Source: Promethearchaeota archaeon
GTDB lineage: Archaea; Asgardarchaeota; Heimdallarchaeia; Hodarchaeales; Hodarchaeaceae
Assembly: GCA_048938105.1 (NCBI GenBank)
Contig: JBHLMN010000002.1
Span: 346,214 to 410,213 of the forward strand
Reading direction: 5' to 3'
DNA: 64,000 bases
Program-made: the position numbers and the translations under genes
Notes under the pieces: generated by a model
What the model was told of the DNA's origin: nothing
The model's input: only the letters and a program-made list of their open reading frames with translations
Database searches by the model: none
Part shown: in pieces, positions 1 through 10,748 of the stretch
Numbering within the stretch: position 1 is the stretch's first letter
Layout: every line of letters begins with the position of its first letter

Positions 1-1
1 A

Positions 2-700
2 CAAAGATATGATGAAAAAACTCAGATGCTTTCAACTGTTAGTCATGACTTGAAATCTCCTATAGCAGCAATCCAAGGTTTTGCTGAAATATTAAGAGAC
101 GGATTAGCTGGAGAAGTAACTCCAGAGATGAAAAAACACCTAGAAATGATAGTATCTAACTCAAAGAGACTCTCGCGAATGGTAGAGAGTATTATGGAAT
201 ATGAGAAATATGATCAATCTGATTATATCACTCAACGAGAAACTTTTGATCTAATCGAGATAATACATGACGCTAAAATGTTGATTTTACCTCAGATGAT
301 TCATAAAGATCAGGAAATGCATATTTATACTCCTGATTCATTAGAGATGGTTGGTAATCGCGAACTTTTATTACGAGTATTACAAAATGTGTTGGATAAC
401 GCGGTAAAATACTCACCTCAAAAGAAAGGGAAAATTGAATTGTTTGCTGAAGAACAAAGCATTAAGGGTAACAAAATCATTAAAATTACTATAAAGGACA
501 ACGGATTTGGATTCAATGAGAAAAATTTAAAACGAGCATTTGAACCGTTTGCCCGTTTCGAACCAGGCTCAACCTCGACAGGCTTAGGATTATCAATAGT
601 TCATAAAATTGTTGAATCTATTCATGGAGGCTCAATAAAAATCACGTCACCAGGGAGGAAAAAAGGAACTACAGTCACCATTTTACTTCCAAAAACTTAG
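2..700 (+). CDS. Sensor histidine kinase, C-terminal HisKA + HATPase part (5' end lies outside the window)
   Basis: H-box SHDLKSPI, N-box NVLDNAVKY, G1 DNGFG, F box FEPF, G2 GLGL. The frame is open from the window edge. Confidence 0.93.
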   Translation, partial: QRYDEKTQMLSTVSHDLKSPIAAIQGFAEILRDGLAGEVTPEMKKHLEMIVSNSKRLSRMVESIMEYEKYDQSDYITQRETFDLIEIIHDAKMLILPQMIHKDQEMHIYTPDSLEMVGNRELLLRVLQNVLDNAVKYSPQKKGKIELFAEEQSIKGNKIIKITIKDNGFGFNEKNLKRAFEPFARFEPGSTSTGLGLSIVHKIVESIHGGSIKITSPGRKKGTTVTILLPKT

Positions 701-817
701 TTTTTAAAGGATGGTTTTTTCCTGATGAGAATAAACTGAAACCAGGATTCCTATAGTGATCTGATTTAATATTTTTTATTAAATAAGTGGCAGATTCAAA
801 AATAAGTCCATTAAGAT

Positions 818-1150
818 TTATTTATAGAAATCTAGTAAATTACTACTATTATTGTCCTCATCACGGGGATTTAAAATAATCCTGAAAAGATCCCATACAA
901 CCTCACTGGCGCATCTTCCACGTTCAGTTAAGGCGTAGAGAACCTCAAGTTCTTCCTTCCCCCGAATTTTAAAGATTAAATCAAGGTCAAGTAGTGTATC
1001 TAACCGAGACTTTACCTTGCTTGGGGAGGCTTGATGTTCTATAGATGAACAAATCTGTTTAAAAGTTCTACCATTTGGATTTAAATGGAGATATTGCATT
1101 ATTAGAAGAGAATACTCTTTTTCTAACTTCTTAAGTGGATTAATTTCCAA
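818..1150 (-). CDS. Winged-helix transcriptional regulator (HxlR/MarR-like)
   Basis: RTFKQI...SPSKVKSRLDTL...YALTERG is the typical HxlR wing pattern. Confidence 0.7.
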   Translation of the reverse strand: MEINPLKKLEKEYSLLIMQYLHLNPNGRTFKQICSSIEHQASPSKVKSRLDTLLDLDLIFKIRGKEELEVLYALTERGRCASEVVWDLFRIILNPRDEDNNSSNLLDFYK

Positions 1151-1353
1151 TGTTTGAATCTCATTTAGGAGTTTATTTCGAGAATGTAGTCATTCCTGAG
1201 GATTCTCGGGTTAATTTACAAGATTTACTTCAAGAAAGATGTCATTCTTGAAAACTTTTGGGTTCTTTATAAGATTGAGACATGACTAGTTCCTATTCCT
1301 AACGATCGATATTTCAAATAACTAATATAACCTCTCTTTAAGGGAGATTTATT

Positions 1354-2382
1354 ATGTCTTATGCTCCAGATAAAATGCAAGTACTACTTAAGAAACAAAA
1401 ATATCAACTTTATGGGAAAAATACAGCTGTTAAGAAGTGTACTTGGACGCATAACGCTTTAAGGGAAGATCGTTACTGTTTTAAACGATTTTATGGAATT
1501 CAATCTCATCGCTGTGTTCAGTTCTCCCCCACACTGATATGCAATTTTTCTTGTCAGTTTTGCTGGCGAATTCATGAATCTGATCTCAGTTTAAAAAATA
1601 TGTACAAGGATTATGATGTTACAGATATCCAGAGATTACCAGAAGTCTTTGATTCACCTGAGGAGGTTGTTAAGGGTATCTTACTAGGTCAACGTAAGAT
1701 TATCTGCGGATATAAACCATATATTAATAATCAGAAATATGAGGAGGCAATGGATCCTAAACATGCTACAATGAGTTTAACAGGAGAACCTTTTCTTTAT
1801 CCCTGGATCCCAGAGTTAATTCAAGAATTAAGAGAAAAAAATATGACTGTATTTATCGTTACCAACGGTAGCGTGCCTGAAACACTAAAATTGATTTTAG
1901 AAACAAAAATCTATCCTACTCAGCTGTACATTACTCTTCCTGCTCCAGGGATTAAGAATTTTATTCGCACACACCGTCCTTTAGAAGATGCTAAGTTGGT
2001 TTTAAATAAAATTTGGGAAACTCTCTCTATGATTGGGAAAGGAGTTCCTTTTCGAACTGTCGGGCGTTTAACAGTCGCTAAGGGACTCAATCTCATAGAT
2101 CCCCAAGGATATGCCCAAATGATTGAAGTAATGAATCCATCCTTTATTGAGATCAAAGGCGTTGTTCATGTCGGTGCTGCGGAGAAAAGGCTTCCCAGAT
2201 CTGTTATGCCATCCCATGATAACATTTACTCCTTTGCTCAAGAGTTAGAAATGTTAACAGATTATAAAATCGTTAGGGAATCCAAAGTCAGCCGTTTAGT
2301 AATATTATCGAATGGAAATAATCCTTTGATAATCCCAGAACTAAAAAATTCAGCTCCTATTCAACCAGAGAACAATATTTAA
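1354..2382 (+). CDS. taw1: 4-demethylwyosine synthase (TYW1/Taw1, radical SAM)
   Basis: AVKKCTWT, CFKRFYGIQSHRC, CNFSCQFCWR (CxxxCxxC), SLTGEP. Confidence 0.93.
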   Translation: MSYAPDKMQVLLKKQKYQLYGKNTAVKKCTWTHNALREDRYCFKRFYGIQSHRCVQFSPTLICNFSCQFCWRIHESDLSLKNMYKDYDVTDIQRLPEVFDSPEEVVKGILLGQRKIICGYKPYINNQKYEEAMDPKHATMSLTGEPFLYPWIPELIQELREKNMTVFIVTNGSVPETLKLILETKIYPTQLYITLPAPGIKNFIRTHRPLEDAKLVLNKIWETLSMIGKGVPFRTVGRLTVAKGLNLIDPQGYAQMIEVMNPSFIEIKGVVHVGAAEKRLPRSVMPSHDNIYSFAQELEMLTDYKIVRESKVSRLVILSNGNNPLIIPELKNSAPIQPENNI

Positions 2383-2588
2383 TTGAAAGATCATATAACA
2401 TGCTTTTTTAAGGGATAGTTTACATAATCAAGTAACAGTATGTCTTTTTAACCGAAAAGCGATATCATTCCGTGAATACAAAACTCACAAAGGATTCTTC
2501 TTTAAGATGGGCATCTCATGGTTCCTGAGGATTCAACAATGATTTGTGTTAAAAAAAAGGAACAATTAAATGAAATGAATTAGTAACA

Positions 2589-2804
2589 GTGGGTGATAAC
2601 AAGATGCAACTTGCAGAAAAATCAATAGAATCAATAACACGATTAAGGCTGAAATCTGGAACAGCCATTGAAATCCATATGATAACTCAAAATAAGGGTA
2701 CCAATCGAATGGTTATAGAGAAAGGCGAAGAAAGTCTTTCTCTTGAACAGGAGGAAATCTCTGAATTTATTACGTTGTTTAATGACTTTTTAGAAAGCTT
2801 TTAG
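2589..2804 (+). CDS. Small hypothetical protein, similar to the N-terminal domain of the next gene
   Basis: ORF of 71 aa; shares the IT..NR..IE..L.LE.EE..(E/D)F pattern with 2828..3838. Confidence 0.6.
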   Translation: MGDNKMQLAEKSIESITRLRLKSGTAIEIHMITQNKGTNRMVIEKGEESLSLEQEEISEFITLFNDFLESF

Positions 2805-2827
2805 AATTTGGTAGGAGCTGATCTTTA

Positions 2828-3838
2828 TTGGAAATTGAATATCAGAATAAATATGTAGTTACATGGTGTTTAGATCGGGATGGGCCTCGGATTTGTTTAC
2901 GAGTTATTACTAGAGAAGATGAAAATAGAACAATTGAGATCATTAGTGAGGATTTCATCTTAGAACTTGAAGATGAAGAAGCCAGAGATTTTCTTAATAT
3001 ATTAAACCAGATGGAAGCTACAAGTTCAATTAAGCCAGTAACTAAATATCCTGAGTATGAAACTCCTGAAATTGAAGAAGAACCCCTCGTTGAAGCTAAG
3101 ATTTCATCTGAAGTAGCACCAGAGATTGAAGAACCTGTAATACCTGAAATTGCACCAAAAGTTGTAGAATCAGGAGTAGCTGAAGTAGTACCAGAGGAAG
3201 CTGAAATTATTTCCCCAGAAGTCCCCGATTCTGCGGAAATAATTCAATTCTTAAAGCAATCAGAGCAGACTTACTCAGAAATCACTTCTAGTTCTCAAAC
3301 TGAGGACTCAGTTGAAGAACAAACCCAGCTGTCTGATGAAATTGATGTTGAAAGCATACAAGAGGAAGCTATCTCAGATTCAGCTCCGATCCAGAAAGTA
3401 TCAGAGGAGGTAGCAACAGATATTGAAACAGCATCCTTCTTTCAGGATTCTGTTTCGAAGAGTCCCTTGGAGATGATTCTTGAAGAAGATCAGAAAAAGG
3501 AAGAAATAGTAGCTGCAGATAGCTCATCTTTATCAGAACAAAATGCAGAAGAAACTTCAGATGAATATCCAGAAACTAAAGTCATATATACTCCTGATGA
3601 CCTCCAAACGGAATCATTCTTCAGTAAATTTGATACAAGTCGTACAGTGGATCTTTTGCAAAAAACTGAACCCGAATCCGAGTCTGCTCCCGAACCTAAG
3701 CGAGTAGTTGAATTGGAACCTACACCAAAATTTGTTAAAAAGGAGCCAACACTAACAGAAGCAGAACGAAGGGCTGCAATTGAAAAAGAGAGAGCTGAAA
3801 GAAAACGAAGGTTGTGGGAACTAACACGTGGATTCTAA
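2828..3838 (+). CDS. Hypothetical protein: small folded N-domain, long acidic disordered region, C-terminal charged helix
   Basis: 336-aa ORF with a GGAG SD-like motif; E/P/S-rich middle; terminal EAERRAAIEKERAERKRRLWELTRGF. Confidence 0.75.
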   Translation: MEIEYQNKYVVTWCLDRDGPRICLRVITREDENRTIEIISEDFILELEDEEARDFLNILNQMEATSSIKPVTKYPEYETPEIEEEPLVEAKISSEVAPEIEEPVIPEIAPKVVESGVAEVVPEEAEIISPEVPDSAEIIQFLKQSEQTYSEITSSSQTEDSVEEQTQLSDEIDVESIQEEAISDSAPIQKVSEEVATDIETASFFQDSVSKSPLEMILEEDQKKEEIVAADSSSLSEQNAEETSDEYPETKVIYTPDDLQTESFFSKFDTSRTVDLLQKTEPESESAPEPKRVVELEPTPKFVKKEPTLTEAERRAAIEKERAERKRRLWELTRGF

Positions 3839-3891
3839 TTGAATTAGCAGTTTTATCTAGCATTTAAACTAAGATAAGAGTCCCTTTAAAG

Positions 3892-4536
3892 ATGGAAACC
3901 TCTAGAACAACCATTTCTGCTATAATCTTCGATGCAGGGGATATACTTGTCCATCAAATTCCAGATGATAAAGTGAAAGCTTGGAATAAGTTCTTAACTC
4001 ATTATCATAACTCAAAAATGGATAACAAAGAATATTTTACCCAATTATATGAAAAAGTTAGGACCTTGGGTATCGATTCCAATTTTGAAATAGTTTCACC
4101 CTATTTATCCACTGAACCAAGATTCAAGATTTCTTTAATTGAAGAATATGAAATAGAGAAATGGTGGAAAAATCCTGATCCGTGGCTCTTTGAAACGATA
4201 TCTAAATTCTGGAAGATTGGGTATAAGATTGGTATTTTAACAGATAGTGCTCTTTCTTCGAGAACTATTCGTGAAGTATTGTCTCAATTATCTCCATATG
4301 TTCACAAAATAGTGTCCTCTCGTGATGTTGGAGTTATGAAACCTGATAAACAAATGTACTCCACAATATTATCAGAACTAAAAACACCTCCCAACAAGTC
4401 CTTATTCATCGCTCATGATCCTGATGAAATAAAAGGAGCTTTAAATTCAGGACTCTTGTGTATAAATTTTGAGTACATAGGAAATTTAAAAAAATTATTT
4501 GAATTTATTAAAAGAAAATACGTTTTAGAGCAATAG
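3892..4536 (+). CDS. HAD-family hydrolase
   Basis: Motif I IIFDAGD, motif II ILTDS, KPD lysine, degenerate motif IV (IAHDPDEI..A..SG). Confidence 0.85.
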   Translation: METSRTTISAIIFDAGDILVHQIPDDKVKAWNKFLTHYHNSKMDNKEYFTQLYEKVRTLGIDSNFEIVSPYLSTEPRFKISLIEEYEIEKWWKNPDPWLFETISKFWKIGYKIGILTDSALSSRTIREVLSQLSPYVHKIVSSRDVGVMKPDKQMYSTILSELKTPPNKSLFIAHDPDEIKGALNSGLLCINFEYIGNLKKLFEFIKRKYVLEQ

Positions 4537-4547
4537 GTGTAAGAATA

Positions 4548-5741
4548 TTGTTAGAGAATAGTTCACTTCCATTTGTAGCAATATTACATGCTTATCAACC
4601 TCCTACTCAAGAAGCTAACATTCTGGATCGTATTGTCAAACGGTGTTATTTGCCAGTTGCACAGGCTTTGCAAAATAATCCTGATTTCAAAATTACCTTG
4701 AATATTAATGCTAGCCTTACAGAGATGCTTGAAGACGATTATTTAATAGTAATAGAGAAGTATGCAGAGTTAGCTCGGAATAACCAGATTGAATTTCTCG
4801 ATTCTGGGGCTTATCACCCCATTCTACCGTTAATATCTCAAAGAGAAGCACGAAAGCAGATTAAAATGAATAGAAAAATCAATTCACGTATTTTTGGCTC
4901 TGTTTGGAAACCTCGTGGATTATGGCCGCCTGAACTTGCAGTTTCTGAAACACTGGCGACTCTTGTGGAATCCCTAGGATATGAATATATGATTGTTCCA
5001 GAGATTGCTATTAGCTCAAATTCTCCTTTTCCTACCCCTTTACTCACTCGATTACTTGTCCATCCGAGTGCGCCAAAGCTTTTTCTCATTAACCGAAATC
5101 GTGAGGTTTCAAATAACATATCCTTTCACAGATATACTACAATCCAAAATGCGTTTGAGCATTTCAATAGGTTAAAAGCACTACAACCTAATGGGATATT
5201 AGTACTTGCAACAGATTTGGAGACCTTTGGAGAACATCATCGTAAATATGAAGAATTTTTGGTTCAAATCTTCCAGTCAACTGAGACTAAAGTGGTTTCT
5301 GAGATCTTGGATTTGCCAAAACAACCCATCGTGGAGTTCCGAAGCAGCAGTTGGAGTACCTCCGAAGAAGATTTGTATCGAGATATTCCATTCCCTCTTT
5401 GGGCTTACCCAGGTAATAGTATTCATGAGTTATTGAACTTTCATTTTGATTTACTTTCTGAAACTCTTGAATTATTGTTATCTAAAAAGGATGAAACAGA
5501 CTATGAGGTTAAAATGGCACTAAAAGCTGTTGCTAAAGCCCAACACTCATGTCAAACATGGTGGGCCTCTACTAAAGACCATTTTAGTAAGGAACTAATC
5601 AAAAAGGGTTTTGATGCTCAACAATCTGCATTAGAATTGACATTAATGGCGATTGGGTCTGAAATTGACCATGCAATTCCGAATGGACTATCCAATCGCC
5701 TTGAAAAGCGATTAACACGATATTTATCTCGTATTCGGTGA
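4548..5741 (+). CDS. Glycoside hydrolase family 57 protein
   Basis: HAYQP, YHPILPL, LWPPEL (nucleophile E), ATDLETFGEH (acid/base D), SSWS. Confidence 0.9.
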   Translation: MLENSSLPFVAILHAYQPPTQEANILDRIVKRCYLPVAQALQNNPDFKITLNINASLTEMLEDDYLIVIEKYAELARNNQIEFLDSGAYHPILPLISQREARKQIKMNRKINSRIFGSVWKPRGLWPPELAVSETLATLVESLGYEYMIVPEIAISSNSPFPTPLLTRLLVHPSAPKLFLINRNREVSNNISFHRYTTIQNAFEHFNRLKALQPNGILVLATDLETFGEHHRKYEEFLVQIFQSTETKVVSEILDLPKQPIVEFRSSSWSTSEEDLYRDIPFPLWAYPGNSIHELLNFHFDLLSETLELLLSKKDETDYEVKMALKAVAKAQHSCQTWWASTKDHFSKELIKKGFDAQQSALELTLMAIGSEIDHAIPNGLSNRLEKRLTRYLSRIR

Positions 5742-5773
5742 AATTTGTTAAAAATTAAGGGGCTGAAATTTAT

Positions 5774-7120
5774 TTGAAAGCAGAGACTCTTCTTCAGGAA
5801 TTAATACAATATAAGACAATAAATGATCCTACAAAGAAAATTCTTCCTCAACCCACAGTTTTGGATTATATTCAAAAAGAGGTAAAAACTTGGAATCCAG
5901 ATTTCAATGCTCATATATTAGAAAGTCAAGGATATTCGTCACTCTATCTAGCAATAGATCCAAAAAATGTTGATATACTCTTCATGGGCCATCTTGATGT
6001 AGTTCCTGTTGGTGATGGATGGACATCAGATCCATTCATTCTTAGAATAGATTCAGAATCAGGTTTAGGATACGGTCGAGGCTCAAAAGACTGTAAAGGT
6101 TCAGTAGTTTCTGCTTTACTCATGTTAAAGAAGCTTTGCAGAGAAAATAGTCCTTCTTTAGAAAATCTAGGATTCTTTTTTTCCACTGATGAAGAAACCG
6201 GTGGACGAAATGGTGCACAAATCTTTTTTAATTATGTTAAAAAGCATGACATTCCACTTAAATGTGTAATTAACGTGGATGGTGGCCCAAGAGTAGTTTA
6301 CAAAAGACGAGCTGGCTTTGGAATCAAGGTGAATATCCCACCTAGAATTATCGAATCTTTTGGCCAGTTGAAAAAGCAAATATGTCACACACGTATCCTT
6401 GGTGACGACAATCGTCACAGTGCTTATTTTGTACGAGGTTGTGATACACACGCTATAGTTACACTATCTAAACTTCTTCACCTTCATCGAGACTGGATGA
6501 TCAAAGAAATTGATGGCCCTTGGATAAAAGGAAATGTAATTCCAGATTATATCGAAGCTAGGATTGTTAAGCTTACAAAAAAGATAGAATCTCCACTAGT
6601 ATCTTACGATGAGAATCTAACAAAGATTTTCCGTAAAATCCGTAGTATAATTCTACTTGACCTACCAACAGAGATTCCTAGCGAGTTTGGCATCACCGTC
6701 AATCCTAATCTTGTTTCTTATTCTGAAACTAATGGAACCGAAATTTATTTTGATGTTAGAGCATTTCTCTCCTCTAAAAAGACCAATATCTTGATCAATG
6801 CCTTTAAACAACGATTGGATGAGTTAGCTACTGAAGCTGAGATTTCCTGCCCAGGAACTTCAGGATATTTTCATACTCCAATAGACAATCCACTAGTAAG
6901 AGTGACATCAGATGTATTAGAAAAATATTCGTTGCCATCGGATCCTTGTGAACAGGAAGGAGCATCGGACGCACGTTATGCCTCTGATATTCCAGTTATT
7001 GATCTAGGCCCAAGAGGTGGAAATATACATGGAACTGATGAGTTTATTGATTTAGCTTCAATGAAAGAATTTTCCTCTATTTATGAGGAGATTGTTACAC
7101 GGCTACTTAATTATGTATAG
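5774..7120 (+). CDS. M20 family metallopeptidase (ArgE/DapE-like)
   Basis: GHLDVVP, GRGSKDCKG, DEETGG, NIHGTDE. Confidence 0.9.
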   Translation: MKAETLLQELIQYKTINDPTKKILPQPTVLDYIQKEVKTWNPDFNAHILESQGYSSLYLAIDPKNVDILFMGHLDVVPVGDGWTSDPFILRIDSESGLGYGRGSKDCKGSVVSALLMLKKLCRENSPSLENLGFFFSTDEETGGRNGAQIFFNYVKKHDIPLKCVINVDGGPRVVYKRRAGFGIKVNIPPRIIESFGQLKKQICHTRILGDDNRHSAYFVRGCDTHAIVTLSKLLHLHRDWMIKEIDGPWIKGNVIPDYIEARIVKLTKKIESPLVSYDENLTKIFRKIRSIILLDLPTEIPSEFGITVNPNLVSYSETNGTEIYFDVRAFLSSKKTNILINAFKQRLDELATEAEISCPGTSGYFHTPIDNPLVRVTSDVLEKYSLPSDPCEQEGASDARYASDIPVIDLGPRGGNIHGTDEFIDLASMKEFSSIYEEIVTRLLNYV

Positions 7121-7152
7121 GGATTAAGTCCAAAAGTGCGGATTTAATCCCT
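7119..7152 (+). terminator. Strong hairpin directly after the M20 peptidase stop
   Basis: AGGGATTAAGTCC-AAAAGTGC-GGATTTAATCCCT: 13-bp stem with one G-U pair. Confidence 0.55.
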
Positions 7153-7306
7153 TGGCGGGAAGCATTAATATTCTATTTGGTTTTCTCCTTCATGTGCATC
7201 TATATTTATCGTTTCCAAATATTAAGTGTTTTAATGAATCATGAGAGAATTTCGATATAATGAGATGAATATTTAAAAAAAAATGTAAGAATCCTTCATA
7301 AAAGCT

Positions 7307-8230
7307 GTGATGAATATGAAAATAAACAAAAAGCATCTCTTTTTCTCATTCATCTTTTTAATATTGATTTTAATACTAATTTCTGTACACAATCTTGGCC
7401 TTGATGATTCACTAGCAAACTATGTTAATGATATAACCGATTCTGATCTGACTTATTCTATACTTTTCGGTATGTTTATACAATTACTGACTTGGATTTT
7501 TATCGTCATAATTTTATTACTAATATGGAGTTCAATATTAGAAGCGTTAACTCCAAGAATGACGAAGACCGTCATCAACACATTGAGAGTGCTAGGAAGA
7601 ATGATAATCATACCATTCTGCATCATTGCTTATTTAAACAATTTTCCTGGATTTGAAGGTACATTATTAGGAATCTCAGCCATTTTAGGAACAGCCATAG
7701 GATTCGCATCAACAACAACCATGGGAAATTTCTTGGCTGGACTTTATATTATGGCCACACGTCCTTTTTTGATTGGTGATTATATTATTCTTCCTGATAG
7801 TAAAGTTGAGGGCCGTGTTAAAGAGATCACAGTGAATTATACCAAAATCACATTACCTACTGGTAATACCATATTTGTATCGAATAGTAAATTTTTAGGG
7901 CAATCTATCATCAATACAAGAACAACAGAGGATCAATTAATCCTTAAAAAGGGACAAAAAAAGCGATTTGTGTACCCTTTGATGTGGGGGGCTAATTCTG
8001 ACGAAAAACATGCGTGGGCTGTTGAAGCCATCGAAAAAACAGGGGAAGAATTTAAGGAAAGATTGACTGAACCCATTACATGGTATGTTTATTCACGGAC
8101 TAGACTAGATATAATCCACCAGGTCAATATAGTTTCTGATAGTGCAACTAAATTATTGGATTTAACTGGTGAGTTCATGACCGCGTTGACAAGAAATTAT
8201 GATGAAATCAGGGATAAATACAAAGACTAG
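7307..8230 (+). CDS. Small-conductance mechanosensitive channel (MscS family)
   Basis: TM helices, AIGFAS...GNFLAGLYI...RPFLIGDYI, EGRVKEITVNYT. Confidence 0.88.
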   Translation: MMNMKINKKHLFFSFIFLILILILISVHNLGLDDSLANYVNDITDSDLTYSILFGMFIQLLTWIFIVIILLLIWSSILEALTPRMTKTVINTLRVLGRMIIIPFCIIAYLNNFPGFEGTLLGISAILGTAIGFASTTTMGNFLAGLYIMATRPFLIGDYIILPDSKVEGRVKEITVNYTKITLPTGNTIFVSNSKFLGQSIINTRTTEDQLILKKGQKKRFVYPLMWGANSDEKHAWAVEAIEKTGEEFKERLTEPITWYVYSRTRLDIIHQVNIVSDSATKLLDLTGEFMTALTRNYDEIRDKYKD

Positions 8231-8408
8231 GATTCGTTGTAATTCTTAAAAAATTGTTTTAATTCTCTTAGACGTTTCTAATATCATGTATATTGACACA
8301 ATAAGTCATGGTTGTAATCACTTATTCACATGATAAGCACTCCTATAAGGTATTTATACTACTAAGAAATCATCAGGTTTCATAATCTCTCCAAGCCGAA
8401 GTGCATAG

Positions 8409-9509
8409 TTATAACCAACCTTTCTTCCAAAAATAAGTTAACATAACTATAGCAACCATTAACATAAAAAAAAGAGCCATAGGGTAACCAATAGGCCAAG
8501 TTAATTCGGGCATAGACTGAAAATTCATTCCATAGATACCTGAAATTACTGTCATAGGGATGACAATTGTAGCGATGACGGTCAACACTTTCATTACTTC
8601 ATTCATTTTATTACTAGTGCTGGAGAGATAAATGTCAAGCATACCTGTAACAATATCTCGGAGCGTTTCCACTGTATCGATCACATGGATAGTATGATCA
8701 TATACATCCCTAATGTACTTTTGGGTTTCAGTCTGTATCAATACTGATCCCCCACGTTCTAATCGGCTAATTAATTCTCTTAAGGGCCACACAGCTTTAC
8801 GTATAAAGATAATGTTCGTTTTTAGAGAATGTATTATTTGTAAAGTCTCAGTTCCAGGAGCTGTAACTACCTCTTCTTCTAAAAATTCAATTCGTTCGAT
8901 TAATCTTTCTAGAATCAAAAAATAATTATCAACAATAACATCAATTAATGCGTAAAAAAGGTGATCGGCGCCATAGGATCGAATCTTCCCCTTTTTCCCT
9001 CTTATACGTTCACGAATAGGATTAAATATATCTTCGGGCCTTTCTTGAAATGATAATACGTAATTTTCTCCAAGAATTAAACTGACTTGTTCAATGACAA
9101 CACTTTTTCGTTCCTCATTATATTTAAGCATTTTTAAAACTATGTAGAGGTGATTTTCATAATCATCAATCTTTGGCCTTTGATCTGTATTGAGGATATC
9201 CTCTAATAATAAAGGATGCAAATTAAAATATTCTCCAAACTTTTCTAAAATTAGAGTGTTATGTAATCCATCAATATTAATCCATGTTATGGTAGGTCTT
9301 TCCTTAAAAGGTAAGCATTCTTCCACGGTCTTAACTTCTTTTTCTTCACAAGTCTTTGCATCATAATCAAAAACTGTTATCTTTATCTCTTCTATTTTTT
9401 TATGTCCAAGAAAAATTGGAGTACCAGGAGGAAGGCCTACTTTCTTATGTCTTCTTTTAATAATAGCAGGTTTTTTTGTTGATTTTCCTTTTTCCATAAT
9501 TCGTGACAT
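8409..9509 (-). CDS. corA: Magnesium/cobalt transporter CorA
   Basis: GLPPG, LHPLLLEDI, NEVMKVLT, YGMNF signature, MPEL. Confidence 0.96.
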   Translation of the reverse strand: MSRIMEKGKSTKKPAIIKRRHKKVGLPPGTPIFLGHKKIEEIKITVFDYDAKTCEEKEVKTVEECLPFKERPTITWINIDGLHNTLILEKFGEYFNLHPLLLEDILNTDQRPKIDDYENHLYIVLKMLKYNEERKSVVIEQVSLILGENYVLSFQERPEDIFNPIRERIRGKKGKIRSYGADHLFYALIDVIVDNYFLILERLIERIEFLEEEVVTAPGTETLQIIHSLKTNIIFIRKAVWPLRELISRLERGGSVLIQTETQKYIRDVYDHTIHVIDTVETLRDIVTGMLDIYLSSTSNKMNEVMKVLTVIATIVIPMTVISGIYGMNFQSMPELTWPIGYPMALFFMLMVAIVMLTYFWKKGWL

Positions 9510-10116
9510 TAGATTGAATCTCCTTATTCAAATTTAAATTTCTCCTTAAGAATAAATGAAGGATTAATACTTTTAGATCAGAATATTTATTCAATCTGAT
9601 TTTATTCATCTTACGAAAGAAGATGGGTTAATCTGTTTTTGTCAGATCTCTTGATTTGTGATTATTATTAATATTATGTAAAATTTTTAATAAAGATACA
9701 GGTCATAATTATGTTACTTTCTTAGCCGCTATAATGGAATATAATACCTTCCTGTCATATGTTTTAAGTGGAAGTTTCTATCCCTATTGAGAGTTCCCCA
9801 TTCAACATCTCTATTAACCTATTTCCTATTCTCTATGTTTATTTCATTTTATGTTTAGCAATTGGAAAAAACATTTTTTATTTAATTTAACACTCGAATA
9901 GCCTTTTAGCTTTTAGGAGCAATATTTGAATTTTTATATTAGCTAAAGAACCCTTTTTAAAGACAGGCCAATTTTCTTCTCACTTTACTGAAAATAAAGA
10001 TTTTATCAATGAAATAAAATCATAATGTTTCAATGCGTACCGAAAATCTCACTATAATGCTTTTATTAAAATAATCCTCAATCATCTTAGAATTAGATAA
10101 AAAGGTGTTTAAAAAA

Positions 10117-10488
10117 ATGAGCGAAAAAAAGATGAAAGAAGCGGAAAAGAAAAAGCAAGAAGCAATGAAAAAGCTCAAAGAAGTAGAAGAACTTGAGAGA
10201 AAATCGGTGAAAAAAAGAAAAGAAGCGGAAGTGAAAGAAAGGGAAGCTGAGAAAAAAACACAAGAAGCAATCAAGAAGCGTGAAGAAGAAGAAAAGAAGC
10301 AAAAGAAAGAAGCTGAACACAAACGTAAGGAAACTGAGAAGAAAGCTAAAAAAGAAGAGGAGAAACGAAAAAAAGAAGCTGAACACAAACGTAAGGAAAC
10401 TGAGAAGAAAGCTAAAAAAGAAGAGGAAAGAGTGAAGAAGGAAGCTGAGAAGAAACTAAAAGAGACTGAAAAGAGACTGAAAACGTAA
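10117..10488 (+). CDS. Lys/Glu-rich low-complexity helical protein
   Basis: ATG at 10117 follows AAGGTG; almost entirely K/E/A/R; internal 22-aa repeat. Confidence 0.7.
   Translation: MSEKKMKEAEKKKQEAMKKLKEVEELERKSVKKRKEAEVKEREAEKKTQEAIKKREEEEKKQKKEAEHKRKETEKKAKKEEEKRKKEAEHKRKETEKKAKKEEERVKKEAEKKLKETEKRLKT
10306..10427 (+). repeat. 56-nt exact direct repeat, period 66 nt, inside the K/E-rich gene
   Basis: aaagaagctgaacacaaacgtaaggaaactgagaagaaagctaaaaaagaagagga at 10306-10361 and 10372-10427. Confidence 0.9.
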
Positions 10489-10537
10489 TAACGAATCCTA
10501 ATATGTATTTTTATTTAAGTAATTTTTAAGGAAATCT

Positions 10538-10558
10538 ACCTTGGACTAACTCCAAGGT
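10538..10558. terminator. Perfect 8-bp hairpin between the two convergent K/E-rich genes
   Basis: ACCTTGGA-CTAAC-TCCAAGGT. Confidence 0.45.
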
Positions 10559-10748
10559 TCAAATTGTAACTCCAAAAACTTAAGGAATTTACTCAAATTA
10601 TAAAAAAATAAAATTAAGGGTGTATTGGGATTAAATAATGGCAAATGAATTTTACAGAGAAATATTCAAATTTGTATATTAGCTTCTACACCGAAAGATA
10701 TGTTAGTTCCCTTAAATAGATGCTAATCTACTCTTTTTTATTATTGAT

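Noticed and set aside
1193-2534. 13-bp direct repeat TTCCTGAGGATTC at 1193 and 2522, flanking taw1
   Set aside because: A 13-mer match is expected by chance in AT-rich DNA of this length; taw1 is a core gene and there are no mobility genes.
10306-10427. 66-nt-period repeat considered as a CRISPR-like array
   Set aside because: Only two copies, in frame within a coding sequence, with no unique spacers and no cas genes.
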